Position numbers and translations under genes: made by a program. The notes beneath the pieces were generated by a model, which searched no databases, was not told the DNA's origin, and was given only the letters and a program-made list of their open reading frames with translations. From contig CBDBCY010000004.1 in NCBI GenBank assembly GCA_965203555.1, positions 136,961 through 200,960 on the forward strand: a DNA stretch of 64,000 bases, written 5' to 3'. Below, piece by piece: positions 42,029 through 51,876 of this stretch; position 1 is the first letter of the stretch, and the number at the start of each line of letters is the position of its first letter. The stretch is from Acidimicrobiia bacterium (GTDB lineage: Bacteria; Actinomycetota; Acidimicrobiia; Spongiisociales; ZC4RG35).

Positions 42029-42823
42029 ATGACGCGTTCACAAGCGGTCGGGCTGTTCTCCTATCGTCTCGACCTGGCCTATGAGGGAACCGGGTTTCAC
42101 GGCTTCGCTCGACAGCCGTCGGTGCGGACCGTGCAGGTAGAGTTGGAGAAGGCGCTGCGGGTAGTGCTCCGGGAAGAGGTGACCAGCACCTGTGCCGGCC
42201 GCACGGACGCCGGAGTCCATGCCCGCCGCCAAGTGGTCAGCATGACCCTGGGGCGCCCGGTGGAAGACCCGATGGCGGTGGTTCGCTCTCTCAATCGGCT
42301 TCTGCCTGCGGACATGGCTGTCATTCGACTGTCTGCGGTAGCCGAGGGGTGGAGCGCCCGCTTCACGGCGAAGTGGCGGGCTTACCGTTACCATTTACGG
42401 ACCGATCCGGCGCCCGACCCGTTGCAACGTCGCCTGGTTTGGCATGTGGGGTTTCCATTGGACGTCGAGGCCATGAATCGGGCGGCAGGCCATCTGGTGG
42501 GAATCCATGACTTCGCGTCTTTCTGCCGCGCCGCGGAAGGTCGCTCCACCGTTCGAGAGGTCGAGTATGCGCGCTGGAGTGTGCACGGAGTTGGCCGCCT
42601 GGTGTTTGAAGTCCGGGCGTCGGCGTTCTGTCACCAGATGGTTAGATCGCTGGTGGGGTGGTGTGTGGCCGTCGGCCGGGGACGCCGCCGCGCCGCTGAG
42701 ACTCCCGCCGTGCTCGCAGCCCGCTCTCGGCAGGCGGCTGGTCCGGTGGCGCCTCCCCATGGGCTGATCCTTTGGGAAGTAGGTTATGGAGAGACCGGAG
42801 ACGAAGAGACCGGAGACGGTTAG
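42029..42823 (+). CDS. truA: tRNA pseudouridine(38-40) synthase TruA
   Basis: RTDAGVHA catalytic motif; follows rplQ as in many bacteria. Confidence 0.9.
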   Translation: MTRSQAVGLFSYRLDLAYEGTGFHGFARQPSVRTVQVELEKALRVVLREEVTSTCAGRTDAGVHARRQVVSMTLGRPVEDPMAVVRSLNRLLPADMAVIRLSAVAEGWSARFTAKWRAYRYHLRTDPAPDPLQRRLVWHVGFPLDVEAMNRAAGHLVGIHDFASFCRAAEGRSTVREVEYARWSVHGVGRLVFEVRASAFCHQMVRSLVGWCVAVGRGRRRAAETPAVLAARSRQAAGPVAPPHGLILWEVGYGETGDEETGDG

Positions 42824-42832
42824 GAGAAGGTT

Positions 42833-43486
42833 GTGAGAGTTAAGGCTGTGCTGTTCGACGCCGGTGGGACATTGGTTTTGCAACACCCCGAGTTGATGGG
42901 CGAAGTATTGGGCGTCGATCTCGACCAGGACTCCTGCTTCGAGGCCCATTATCTGGCCATGGACGCCTACTCGCGGCGCTATCGCAACGGTGTGCGAACC
43001 CATGGCTGGGAGTGGTGGTTGGAGCACTATTTCACCACCTTGCAGGTTCCGTCCCCATCGGAAGCCGGGCCCAGAATCCGGTTCGGTCACGGTATGTGGA
43101 ATCTGCCCATTCGGGGAGTGGAGGCAGGGGTGTCCCGCCTGCTGGACCAGGGCATGCGCTGCGCGGTCATCTCGAACTCGGACGGATCGATTCGGGCCTC
43201 TTTGGCGGAAGCCGACCTCTCCCATCTGTTTGAGTTCGTGATCGACTCTTCCGAGGTGGGTTGCCGCAAGCCCCAACCGAAGATCTTCGAGATGGGCATC
43301 GAGAAACTGGGCGGGGTCACTGCCGGTGAGGTGGCTTACGTGGGTGATTCCATGTTCCACGACGTGGACGGGGCGCTGCAGGCCGGCTACGGTCAGGCCT
43401 GGTTGGTGGATCCCTTGGGCCTCTATCCCGATCAGATCTTGCGGGTGTCGTCGGTGGCAGCAATGCCCGAAGCCCTGGGGCTTTGA
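42833..43486 (+). CDS. HAD-superfamily hydrolase (haloacid dehalogenase-like)
   Basis: N-terminal DxG motif (VLFDAGGTLV) and the C-terminal GD...HDV.GA motif. Confidence 0.75.
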   Translation: MRVKAVLFDAGGTLVLQHPELMGEVLGVDLDQDSCFEAHYLAMDAYSRRYRNGVRTHGWEWWLEHYFTTLQVPSPSEAGPRIRFGHGMWNLPIRGVEAGVSRLLDQGMRCAVISNSDGSIRASLAEADLSHLFEFVIDSSEVGCRKPQPKIFEMGIEKLGGVTAGEVAYVGDSMFHDVDGALQAGYGQAWLVDPLGLYPDQILRVSSVAAMPEALGL

Positions 43487-43714
43487 GGTGGTCACGGCCT
43501 GCACCGCCGCACTGGGATCGGACGGAGGCGCAGCCGGCCCGCTGGACGGAAGATCTGACCTATCTCCTGCTTTTCCATGCGCTCCGCAGAAAATCCCGTT
43601 TTTGATCTGGAGCGGGGCGGCTTTATCATTGGGGGGCCGAGTCGGCTATTCGGCTCAGTTTGGCGCCCTTTTCATCTAAATGGAGTTTGTGGCTTGACTG
43701 CGCGAACTAAACCT

Positions 43715-44173
43715 GTGATCTCCAAGACCTTCTCGCCCTCCGCTGACCGGGTTGATCCCGATTGGTGGGTGGTGGACGCTTCCGGCCTTCCGCTGGGGAG
43801 GCTGGCGTCGGAGATAGCCAAAGTGATCCGCGGTAAGCACAAGCCGACTTTCGCTCCCCACGTCGACGGAGGCGACTACGTGGTGGTTGTAAACGCCGAC
43901 CGAGTGGGCCTGACCGCGTCCAAGAGGGAGCAAAAGGTGTACTACCGGCACTCAGGCTATCCGGGCGGTATCAAAGCTGAGTCATTTCAGTCTCTCATCA
44001 GGCGGCGACCGCAAGAAGTGATCGAACGGGCCGTGCGGGGGATGCTTCCCAAGAACCGGCTGGGGAGAAAGATGTTCCGCAAACTCAAGGTTTATGCAGG
44101 GGCCTCCCATCCGCACGCTTCCCAAAAGCCGGTGGCCTTGGAGCTGAAGATCCGTAAGGTGGACGATAGATGA
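43715..44173 (+). CDS. rplM: 50S ribosomal protein L13
   Basis: Start chosen at in-frame GTG 43715 (alternative TTG 43694); [30 protein letters not shown]. Confidence 0.9.
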   Translation: MISKTFSPSADRVDPDWWVVDASGLPLGRLASEIAKVIRGKHKPTFAPHVDGGDYVVVVNADRVGLTASKREQKVYYRHSGYPGGIKAESFQSLIRRRPQEVIERAVRGMLPKNRLGRKMFRKLKVYAGASHPHASQKPVALELKIRKVDDR

Positions 44174-44562
44174 GCGCTCCGTTGGTTCAAGCGACCGGAC
44201 GCCGCAAGGCCTCGGTGGCGCGGGTAAGGCTTTACGAGGGGAGCGGACAGATCACCCTGAACAAGCGCCCTATCGAAGATTACTTCCCGACCATTGCTCG
44301 CCGGATCAGAGTGTTGGAACCGTTGGAGGTCACCAGCACCAGGGGCCGGTATGATGTCAACGCCACTCTTCACGGAGGAGGCGTCACGGGACAGGCCGAT
44401 GCCCTGCGACTGGGAATCGCCCGCGCATTGGCGGAGGTGGAACCCGGATTGCGTCTCACTCTGAAGAGGCAGGGTCTGCTGCGCCGGGACGCGCGGGTGG
44501 TGGAGCGCAAGAAGTACGGCCTGAAGAAAGCCCGCCGCGCTCCCCAGTACACCAAGCGCTGA
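44170..44562 (+). CDS. rpsI: 30S ribosomal protein S9
   Basis: C-terminal [14 protein letters not shown]. Confidence 0.95.
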   Translation: MSAPLVQATGRRKASVARVRLYEGSGQITLNKRPIEDYFPTIARRIRVLEPLEVTSTRGRYDVNATLHGGGVTGQADALRLGIARALAEVEPGLRLTLKRQGLLRRDARVVERKKYGLKKARRAPQYTKR

Positions 44563-44595
44563 TCCTCGGTTGACGGCAGGCGCGCCAAGGCCGAG

Positions 44596-45930
44596 ATGGA
44601 CGAGGTCGGAGGCGCAAGCCTGTTTGGCACCGACGGCATTAGGGGAATTGCCGGTCGGGATCTCACGGCCGGTTTGGCCTACGGGGTGGGTAGGGCTGCC
44701 GGGGAGGTGGCTGGGGACGGCAGGGTGCTGGTGGGGATGGACACTCGTCCCTCGGGTCCCGAGTTGTCCCGCGCATTGTGTGCGGGCCTGGAAAGCGCAG
44801 GCCTGCAAGCCGTGGATCTGGGAGTGATGCCGGCGGGGGGAATAAGTCATCTGACCGCTGTGACCCGGGCAGTGATGGGAGTGGTCATTTCGGCCTCGCA
44901 CAATCCCGCTGCATACAACGGGATCAAGCTGCTGGGCCCGGACGGCGCCAAACTCTCCGACCAGAGAGAAGCTGAGATCTCTGCGCGGGTCAGACCGGTG
45001 GAGAAGGGGGGATCAGGGACCGCCTTGATCGGATCGGAGTGGCCCGCAGCTTTGGACGCTTATATAGAGTGGTTGGCCGGGACGGTCACCGTCGACCTGT
45101 CGGGGCTCTCGGTGATGGTGGACTGCGCCAACGGGGCGGCCTACCGGGCCGCTCCCAGGGTACTTCGTTTGTTGGGGGTGGACACGGAAACGACCGCTGC
45201 CGGCGGGGACGGTTCGGCTATCAACCAGGGATGCGGCGCCACCCATCCGCAGTGGGTCGCCTCCCGGGCCGGGGGACGAATCGGATTGGCCCTGGACGGA
45301 GACGCTGATCGCCTGATCGCCGTGGACGAGACCGGGTGCGTGGTTGACGGGGATTTTCTGATGGCGATCCTGGCTCGGTATCTGCACCTTCGACGGCAAT
45401 TGGATCCACCTGTGGTGGTGGCCACCGTGATGTCCAATCTGGGCTTTCGGACGGCCATGTCCTCACAGGGAATAGAGATCGTCCGGACCAGGGTGGGAGA
45501 TCGATATGTGCGGGAGGAGATGATCAGGCGGGGCGCCATGCTGGGGGGTGAACAGTCCGGACACATCATCTTCGGCAATCTGGCGGTCACCGGCGACGGT
45601 CTCCTCACCGCCTTGCAACTCTTGCAGGTAGTGGCCTCCACCGGCCGGACGTTGGATGACCTTCGCACTGAAGCGATGCAGCGCTACCCGCAGGTCCTGA
45701 TCAACGTGGAGGTGGAAGATCCGGCCCGGGTAAGAGAGTTCACCGGGATTTGGGAGAAGGTTTCCAGGGTTGAACGGGAGTTGGGATCCGAAGGGCGGGT
45801 GCTGGTCCGACCGTCGGGCACAGAGCCCCTGGTGCGGGTAATGGTGGAATGCCTTGAGTCTGAGCCGGCTGAGAGGTATGCTGAGGAATTGGCCGAGGTG
45901 ATTGCCTTGGTTATGAACAGGTCGACCTGA
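44596..45930 (+). CDS. glmM: Phosphoglucosamine mutase
   Basis: LFGTDGIRG and the phosphoserine-loop motif SASHNP. Confidence 0.92.
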   Translation: MDEVGGASLFGTDGIRGIAGRDLTAGLAYGVGRAAGEVAGDGRVLVGMDTRPSGPELSRALCAGLESAGLQAVDLGVMPAGGISHLTAVTRAVMGVVISASHNPAAYNGIKLLGPDGAKLSDQREAEISARVRPVEKGGSGTALIGSEWPAALDAYIEWLAGTVTVDLSGLSVMVDCANGAAYRAAPRVLRLLGVDTETTAAGGDGSAINQGCGATHPQWVASRAGGRIGLALDGDADRLIAVDETGCVVDGDFLMAILARYLHLRRQLDPPVVVATVMSNLGFRTAMSSQGIEIVRTRVGDRYVREEMIRRGAMLGGEQSGHIIFGNLAVTGDGLLTALQLLQVVASTGRTLDDLRTEAMQRYPQVLINVEVEDPARVREFTGIWEKVSRVERELGSEGRVLVRPSGTEPLVRVMVECLESEPAERYAEELAEVIALVMNRST

Positions 45931-45984
45931 GAAAGGAGGAATTTCCCACCCCACAACTCGGCGTGCAGCGGAGTTATCTCACAA

Positions 45985-46150
45985 CAAACAAGCGCCAGGC
46001 CTCTTGAACCGCCGGTCGGCGGATTCCGGAGGTGACGAGGAGGAAGGCGATCGAATCTTTCGGCGGATGCCTTTCCGGCCACCACAGTCGTGACGATCGG
46101 AGCAAATCCCGCCGGTAACGGCGGGGACAAAAGACGGTCGAAGTGGAGCG
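45985..46150 (+). ncRNA. glmS_ribozyme: glmS ribozyme (GlcN6P-responsive self-cleaving riboswitch) in the 5' leader of glmS
   Basis: Contains AGCGCCAGG... (P1/cleavage-site region) and the core block GACGAGGAGGAAGGCGATCGAATCTTTCGGCGGATGCCTTTCCGGCC. The latter is nearly identical to the conserved P2/P2.1 core of Bacillus-type glmS ribozymes (GACGAGGAUGGAGGUUAUCGAAUUUUCGGCGGAUGCCUCCCGGCUG). Sits about 50 nt upstream of the glmS ATG. Confidence 0.8.
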
Positions 46151-46196
46151 TTCCGCAATGCGCGCGCAGAGGGGGTTTGTGGAAATTGGCGCGATC

Positions 46197-48032
46197 ATGT
46201 GCGGAATAGTTGGTTATGTTGGCTCCCGCCCTGCTCGAGATTTGTTGCTGGGTGGTTTGGCCCGGTTGGAGTACCGGGGCTACGACTCGGCGGGAATGGC
46301 TATCGGTCAGAACGGCGCATTGACAAGTGTCCGACAGGTTGGAAAGATCTCCGATCTGGCCGCGGTGGTCCAGGAAGGTTCGGAGTCTTTCCCCGGGGGG
46401 TATGGAGTCGGGCATACCCGATGGGCGACTCACGGGGCGCCCACCACTCCCAATGCTCACCCTCACTTCGATTGCTCGGGGGAGGTGGCGATCGTCCACA
46501 ACGGGATTATTGAGAATTGGACGGAGTTGAAGGCTTGGTTGGAAGGCCGGGGGCACGGATTTGCCTCCGACACCGACACGGAGGTGGCCGCCCATCTCAT
46601 CGAGGAACTGTCTTCGCTCCCCCTGTCAGAGGCAGTGGCGCAGGTCCTGCGACGCTGTGAGGGCGCCCTGGCCCTGGCGGTGATTCGCCGCTCCGATCCA
46701 GGGCTGGTTGTGGGAGGTCGGAAGGGAAGCCCGCTGGTGATCGGCCGGGGATCGGGGGAGAATTTCCTGGCTTCCGACATCCCTGCGTTCATGGCCCATA
46801 CCCGTCGCATGATGGTGGTTCCCGAAGATCGGGTGGTGGAGATCCGCTCGGACTCGGTGCGCATCACCGACCTACGCGGACAGGAGCAGGAACCAGAGGA
46901 ACGGGAGGTGGAATGGGACGTGGAGGCCGCCGAGAAGGGCGGCTATCCCACTTTCATGCTCAAGGAGATATACGAGCAGCCCAAAGCCGTGGCGGAGACC
47001 CTGTTGGGACGCATCAGTTCCACCGGTCTGCCCATGCTGGAGGAAACGGGAGTGACCGCCGAGATTGCCAAGGACGTGGACAAGGTGTTCGTGGTGGCCT
47101 GCGGTACCTCCTATCACGCCGGGATGATGGCCAAATACGCATTGGAGCGATGGGCGAAGCTTCCGGTGGAGGTAGATCTGTCCTCGGAGTTCCGGTATCG
47201 AGATCCGGTTCTCAACTCCCGCTCGCTGGTGATCGGCATCAGCCAGTCGGGAGAGACTGCGGACACTTTGGGCGCGATCCGATATGCGCTCGGACAGGGC
47301 GCCCGGGTGGCGGCGGTGACCAACGTGGTCGGATCGTCGCTGGCCCGAGAGGCGCACATGGTGCTGCAAACCAGGGCGGGCCCCGAAATCGGAGTGGCGG
47401 CTTCCAAGACCTTCATCACCCAGATGGCCCTGCTTCAACTATTGGGTCTGCATATGGCCATCGAGCGAGGCGTGATGAGTCCCGCAGAAGCGGCAGGGCC
47501 GGTGAATGCGCTGCGCAGCCTGCCTGATCGGCTCGATGAAGTGTTGGGCCTTTCCGATCAGATGCTGGAGTTGGCGCAGGAGTGGCGGGACGTGCGAGAT
47601 TTCTTCTTCCTGGGCAGGTCTGTCGACTATCCGGCGGCTCTGGAAGGCGCCTTGAAGCTGAAGGAATTGTCCTATGTGCGAGCCGAGGGTTATGCGGCCG
47701 GTGAGATGAAGCACGGTCCCATCGCCCTGATCGAGCCGGGAGTGGTGGTGATCGGAGTGGCCACCGACCGCCGGCTGCGTCCCAAGATGTTCTCCAATCT
47801 CTCGGAGATGAAGGCGCGGGGCGGTACGGTGGTGACCCTGGTCGGAGAGGAGGACCGGGCCGAGGCGGCAATCACCTCCGATCTGGTGATAACCCTTCCC
47901 GAAGACGCTGATCTGATCGGAGCGGTGCTGGCAGTGGTTCCGCTGCAACTCTTCTCCTACCACCTTGCCACCCTCAAGGGACTGGACGTCGACCAACCCC
48001 GCAACCTTGCCAAGACGGTGACCGTGGAGTAG
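46197..48032 (+). CDS. glmS: Glutamine--fructose-6-phosphate aminotransferase
   Basis: MCGIVGY (Cys2 nucleophile) and two SIS domains. ATG at 46197 (the track ORF extends upstream across the ribozyme). Confidence 0.95.
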   Translation: MCGIVGYVGSRPARDLLLGGLARLEYRGYDSAGMAIGQNGALTSVRQVGKISDLAAVVQEGSESFPGGYGVGHTRWATHGAPTTPNAHPHFDCSGEVAIVHNGIIENWTELKAWLEGRGHGFASDTDTEVAAHLIEELSSLPLSEAVAQVLRRCEGALALAVIRRSDPGLVVGGRKGSPLVIGRGSGENFLASDIPAFMAHTRRMMVVPEDRVVEIRSDSVRITDLRGQEQEPEEREVEWDVEAAEKGGYPTFMLKEIYEQPKAVAETLLGRISSTGLPMLEETGVTAEIAKDVDKVFVVACGTSYHAGMMAKYALERWAKLPVEVDLSSEFRYRDPVLNSRSLVIGISQSGETADTLGAIRYALGQGARVAAVTNVVGSSLAREAHMVLQTRAGPEIGVAASKTFITQMALLQLLGLHMAIERGVMSPAEAAGPVNALRSLPDRLDEVLGLSDQMLELAQEWRDVRDFFFLGRSVDYPAALEGALKLKELSYVRAEGYAAGEMKHGPIALIEPGVVVIGVATDRRLRPKMFSNLSEMKARGGTVVTLVGEEDRAEAAITSDLVITLPEDADLIGAVLAVVPLQLFSYHLATLKGLDVDQPRNLAKTVTVE

Positions 48033-48123
48033 CCTAAGCTATTGAAACTCAGACGATTTGGATTTTGTTTTCAGAAATACTCTATGATGAGGCATATCCG
48101 ACCAATCGTGAAGGAGCACGCAG

Positions 48124-48354
48124 ATGAGTGGATTGGTTGCCGTTCCCTATCGACCCAAGTCGTCATTCCTGGGGGGAGTCGCACTAATCGTGGATTTTGG
48201 ACACGCCCTGATCTGCTACGAATCCTTTGAGTCAGAAGCAGAAGCGGACATGTATGCGCTTCAGAGGGACTTTGACAGGGTCTGCCAGGACATCCGCGAG
48301 GTTGGTGGTGTCGCTCTTGCTGAGGTAAACGCCGTGTTGAACACACCAAAGTAG
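48124..48354 (+). CDS. Hypothetical small protein (76 aa) in a low-GC island
   Basis: ORF with no recognisable motif; it is followed with an overlapping stop/start by the next gene. GC is well below the flanks. Confidence 0.4.
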   Translation: MSGLVAVPYRPKSSFLGGVALIVDFGHALICYESFESEAEADMYALQRDFDRVCQDIREVGGVALAEVNAVLNTPK

Positions 48355-48827
48355 TGAGTGATGACGGAACCCCTCTCCAGAGCCATCCAGAGGGTGAGAA
48401 CGAACTTCGGGAAACTGAGCTAACGGCTGTCCCGGGCGACCAGTCCGAGGGCGGATCAGTGCCTGGGAGCACGACTGCTGTTCGGTTTGAATGGAGTGCC
48501 CCACTACCACCCCCACCCGTGATGCGTGAGTATGGGGAAATACTCCATGACGCACCGAATAGGATTTTTGAGATGGCCGAGCGGCAGGTTGGAATGGCTG
48601 AGCGTCAGATTGACGGCCGGTTGGCGTTGGAGAAGGCACAGTCTCGCAATGTGTCATTGGGGCTGTGGGGTGGTATTTTGATATCTCTGGTAGGTTTAGT
48701 CGGAGGGATCTATCTTGTTAACAGCGGTTATCAGTGGCCAGGATTGATAGTTATCGGTGTGGATTTTGGGTGGTCGTTTAGCTCGTTTTTCTTTACGTAC
48801 CGGACTAACTCCAGACAGAGCAAGTAG
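48354..48827 (+). CDS. Small membrane protein resembling the DUF2335 family (N-terminal soluble helical region, C-terminal 2 TM)
   Basis: PLPPPPVMREYGEILHDAPNRIFEMAERQ... followed by LGLWGGILISLVGLVGGIYLV and GLIVIGVDFGWSFSSFFF. Low-GC codon usage. The family assignment is from memory of the DUF2335 N-terminal motif and needs an HMM check. Confidence 0.5.
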   Translation: MSDDGTPLQSHPEGENELRETELTAVPGDQSEGGSVPGSTTAVRFEWSAPLPPPPVMREYGEILHDAPNRIFEMAERQVGMAERQIDGRLALEKAQSRNVSLGLWGGILISLVGLVGGIYLVNSGYQWPGLIVIGVDFGWSFSSFFFTYRTNSRQSK

Positions 48828-48913
48828 CGCGTCCCGCTTGGCTTTTTCCCTTACCCGCCAAAATGCTCCAAGCATTCGGCACAAAGCAGTGGCGGACAGG
48901 TAGCATCGTTGGA

Positions 48914-49288
48914 GTGAGGATCATTGGCTTGGGGGTGGACCTAACGGCTGTCGAGCGGGTGAGGTCGATTCTGGAGCGCTACCCGCGGTTCCGCGAGCGC
49001 TGCTTCACCACCCATGAACGAGAGTACGCCGACCGTTATCAAAAGCCCGAGCGAAGGTTTGCCGCCCGGTTTGCCGGCAAGGAGGCGGTTATGAAATCGC
49101 TCGGGACCGGCTGGCGCCGTCTGCGCTGGACCGATATCGAGATCACCGGGGGCGGGAAACCACGCGTGAACCTGTCGGGGACGGCTCAACGCCATGCGGA
49201 ACGCTTGGGAGTAACGGAGGTGCAGGTGACTATCACCCATACCGACGACACTGCTCTGGTAATGGCTTTGGCCCTCGGAGAGCATTAG
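48914..49288 (+). CDS. acpS: Holo-[acyl-carrier-protein] synthase
   Basis: RIIGLGVDLTAVERV...FAGKEAVMKSLG; GTG at 48914. Confidence 0.88.
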   Translation: MRIIGLGVDLTAVERVRSILERYPRFRERCFTTHEREYADRYQKPERRFAARFAGKEAVMKSLGTGWRRLRWTDIEITGGGKPRVNLSGTAQRHAERLGVTEVQVTITHTDDTALVMALALGEH

Positions 49289-49330
49289 ACATCCTGTTAT
49301 GGGAGTGGTTTTTCACCCGGGAACAGGCAA

Positions 49331-50761
49331 GTGAAGCCGGTTATCACCCCCGAAGAAGCCGCTCGGTTGGACCGGGTGAGCGCCGAGCCGGTCGAAATCC
49401 TCATGGAGCGAGCCGGCTGGGCAGTGGAGATCGCTGCGGCCCGGATGGGAGCGGGTTACGGGAGCCGGGTGGCGGTACTGGTCGGGCCGGGCAACAACGG
49501 AGGGGATGGCTACGTGGCTGCCGGACTGCTGCGCCGGCGGGGAGCGGCGGTTGTCATACACCAGTTGAGGGAGCCGAAGACCCAAGCCGCCCTCTGGGCA
49601 CTGCAGCGGGCGGTAGCCGCCGGAGTGCAGATTCAGGAGATGGCCGGGCCGCCTCCCTCAGGGGTAGATCTGGTGGTGGACGCCGTGTTCGGAGGAGGGT
49701 ATCGCGGCCGGTGCCCGCCGACGCTGGCAGCGTGGATGGACCTTCCGGCGCCCGTTCTGGCGGTGGACTTTCCCTCCGGGGTGGATCCGGCCACCGGTGA
49801 GGTCGGAGACCGAGCATTCTCGGCTGACCTCACCGTCACCTTCCAAGCTCTCAAAACCGGCCATCTCCTGGGAGAGGGACCCGACCGGTGCGGAAGGATC
49901 GAAGTTGCCGACATCGGCCTGACCGGGTTGAGACCCTCGATGTTGGTGGCCGAGGAGAGCGACTGTCCTCGCCCGAACCGGCGCCGGACCGCCCACAAGT
50001 GGACGGCCGGATCGGTGATTGTGGTCGGGGGATCCCGGGGAATGACCGGGGCGGCGCTGTTAGCCGCTCGGTCCGCGCTCCGTGCCGGAGCGGGAGCGGT
50101 GGAATTGATGGTCCCTGGGGGATGTCAATCGTTGGTGGCGGGCGCCGCCCCTGAACTGTTGACGTCCGGTCTTGGAAAAGGACAGCATTTCGAACCGGCT
50201 CGAGTGGAGGCTTGCGTGGAGAGAGCGGCCCGTTTCGACGTGATGGTCATCGGGCCGGGCATCGGGAGGGCCGAAGAGACCCGGCAATGGGCGCGGCGAG
50301 TCATCGCCCGGCGGGCCGGTGCTCTGGTGGTGGATGCAGATGCCCTGCGAGCCGCGGACGTGGCGCTTCTGTCGGGGCGGCGAGAGCCCACGGTGATCAC
50401 TCCGCATCGGGGTGAACTGGCGTCGCTGACCGGCCCCGATCCCGGCCTGGCCGAGATGCAGGGCTTGGGTATGTTGGGGATGGTGGTGTTGGGCAAGGGC
50501 GCCCCGACCTTGGTGTGTGATGAATCAACGACCTGGGCCGTGACTGAGGGTGGTCCTGAACTGGCCACCATCGGCTCGGGGGATGTCCTGGCCGGGTGGT
50601 TGGCTGCTCTGTGGGCGCGGGGCCTGTCACCGTCGGTGGCTGCTCGTTCGGCGGCCTTCTGGCATGGGCGGGCGGGCGCCTTCCTGGCAGCGCGTCGAAC
50701 GGTGACCGCCGATGGCCTGGCCGATGAGGTGGGCCGCTGGGCCTGGGAGAGGAGCAGGTGA
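49331..50761 (+). CDS. nnr: Bifunctional NAD(P)H-hydrate repair enzyme Nnr (YjeF-N epimerase + ADP-dependent dehydratase)
   Basis: N-terminal GPGNNGGDGYVAA; C-terminal GSGDVLAG. Confidence 0.88.
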   Translation: MKPVITPEEAARLDRVSAEPVEILMERAGWAVEIAAARMGAGYGSRVAVLVGPGNNGGDGYVAAGLLRRRGAAVVIHQLREPKTQAALWALQRAVAAGVQIQEMAGPPPSGVDLVVDAVFGGGYRGRCPPTLAAWMDLPAPVLAVDFPSGVDPATGEVGDRAFSADLTVTFQALKTGHLLGEGPDRCGRIEVADIGLTGLRPSMLVAEESDCPRPNRRRTAHKWTAGSVIVVGGSRGMTGAALLAARSALRAGAGAVELMVPGGCQSLVAGAAPELLTSGLGKGQHFEPARVEACVERAARFDVMVIGPGIGRAEETRQWARRVIARRAGALVVDADALRAADVALLSGRREPTVITPHRGELASLTGPDPGLAEMQGLGMLGMVVLGKGAPTLVCDESTTWAVTEGGPELATIGSGDVLAGWLAALWARGLSPSVAARSAAFWHGRAGAFLAARRTVTADGLADEVGRWAWERSR

Positions 50762-51876
50762 GCAGACCGTCCTGGGCGGAGGTCGATCTGAGGGCGGTGG
50801 CCCACAACGTCGGGGAATTGGTTCGCTGTGCATCAGGCGCCCGGGTGTGCGCGGTGGTGAAGGCGAACGGGTACGGCCACGGGGCGCCCCAGGTGGCCGG
50901 GGCCGCGTTGGCGGGTGGGGCCGAATGGTTGGCGGTGGCGACGGTGGAGGAGGGAGTCCAATTGCGGGAGGAAGGAATAAAAGCGCCCGTGCTACTGCTT
51001 TCTGAACCGCCAGGAGGCGATCTGGAGGAGGTGATAAGACAGGGAATCACCCCCACCGTTTACCGCGGGAAAACCATCGCTGCCCTGGCCCGGGCAACCA
51101 TGGATCTTGGAAAGCAGGCATTCGACATACACCTCAAAGTCGACACCGGGATGCATCGGGTCGGCGCCCCACCCCAGGCGCTGGGCCGGCTGGTAGGGGA
51201 GGTGTCGAGAGCCGGTGTTCTGACGTTGGGCGGAATCTGGAGTCACTTTGCAGTGGCGGACACCGATCCCGAATTCACCGGCGCCCAGATCAAGGCCTAT
51301 GCGGAGGCTTTCCGGCAAGCCCGCCGGTCGCCGGCTGTGCGCCGGTCACCACCTCTGCGGCATCTTGCCAACACCCCGGGTACGCTCTTTCACCTGGAGT
51401 CTCATCTGGACATGGTGCGTCCCGGACTGGGGATCTACGGCCTCTATCCGCATCCGGCGGTTCGAAAGTTGATCGACCTTCGCCCGGCTATGAGAATCGT
51501 TTCCCATGTATCCCATTTGTCGCGACACCCGCCGGGGACCCGCCCCTCCTACGGTCGCATCCGCGGCTTGATGACAGAGTCAGCGGTCGCCACCCTGCCC
51601 CTGGGTTACGCTGACGGGGTGCCCCGCCTCATCTCCGAAGGAGGGGAGGTGTTGATCGGGGGACGGCGATTCCCATTGGCGGGTCGAGTGACGATGGACC
51701 AATTGGTGGTGGAGGTGGGCGATCACCCGGTTTCGGTGGGCGATGAGGCGGTGTTGATCGGTAGCCAGGGATCCGAATCGATTAGTTTCGATGACTGGGC
51801 AGCGCTGTCCGATACAATCAACTATGAAGTCGTTAGTCGGATTGGTCCCCGCTTGCCCAGACGCTATATCTCATGA
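50758..51876 (+). CDS. alr: Alanine racemase
   Basis: AVVKANGYGHG (PLP-lysine motif). Confidence 0.92.
   Translation: MSRPSWAEVDLRAVAHNVGELVRCASGARVCAVVKANGYGHGAPQVAGAALAGGAEWLAVATVEEGVQLREEGIKAPVLLLSEPPGGDLEEVIRQGITPTVYRGKTIAALARATMDLGKQAFDIHLKVDTGMHRVGAPPQALGRLVGEVSRAGVLTLGGIWSHFAVADTDPEFTGAQIKAYAEAFRQARRSPAVRRSPPLRHLANTPGTLFHLESHLDMVRPGLGIYGLYPHPAVRKLIDLRPAMRIVSHVSHLSRHPPGTRPSYGRIRGLMTESAVATLPLGYADGVPRLISEGGEVLIGGRRFPLAGRVTMDQLVVEVGDHPVSVGDEAVLIGSQGSESISFDDWAALSDTINYEVVSRIGPRLPRRYIS

Noticed and set aside
48042-48230. 62-aa plus-strand ORF at the start of the glmS-acpS island
   Set aside because: It overlaps the better-supported 76-aa ORF in another frame and has no RBS or motif. It is probably noise in an AT-richer region.
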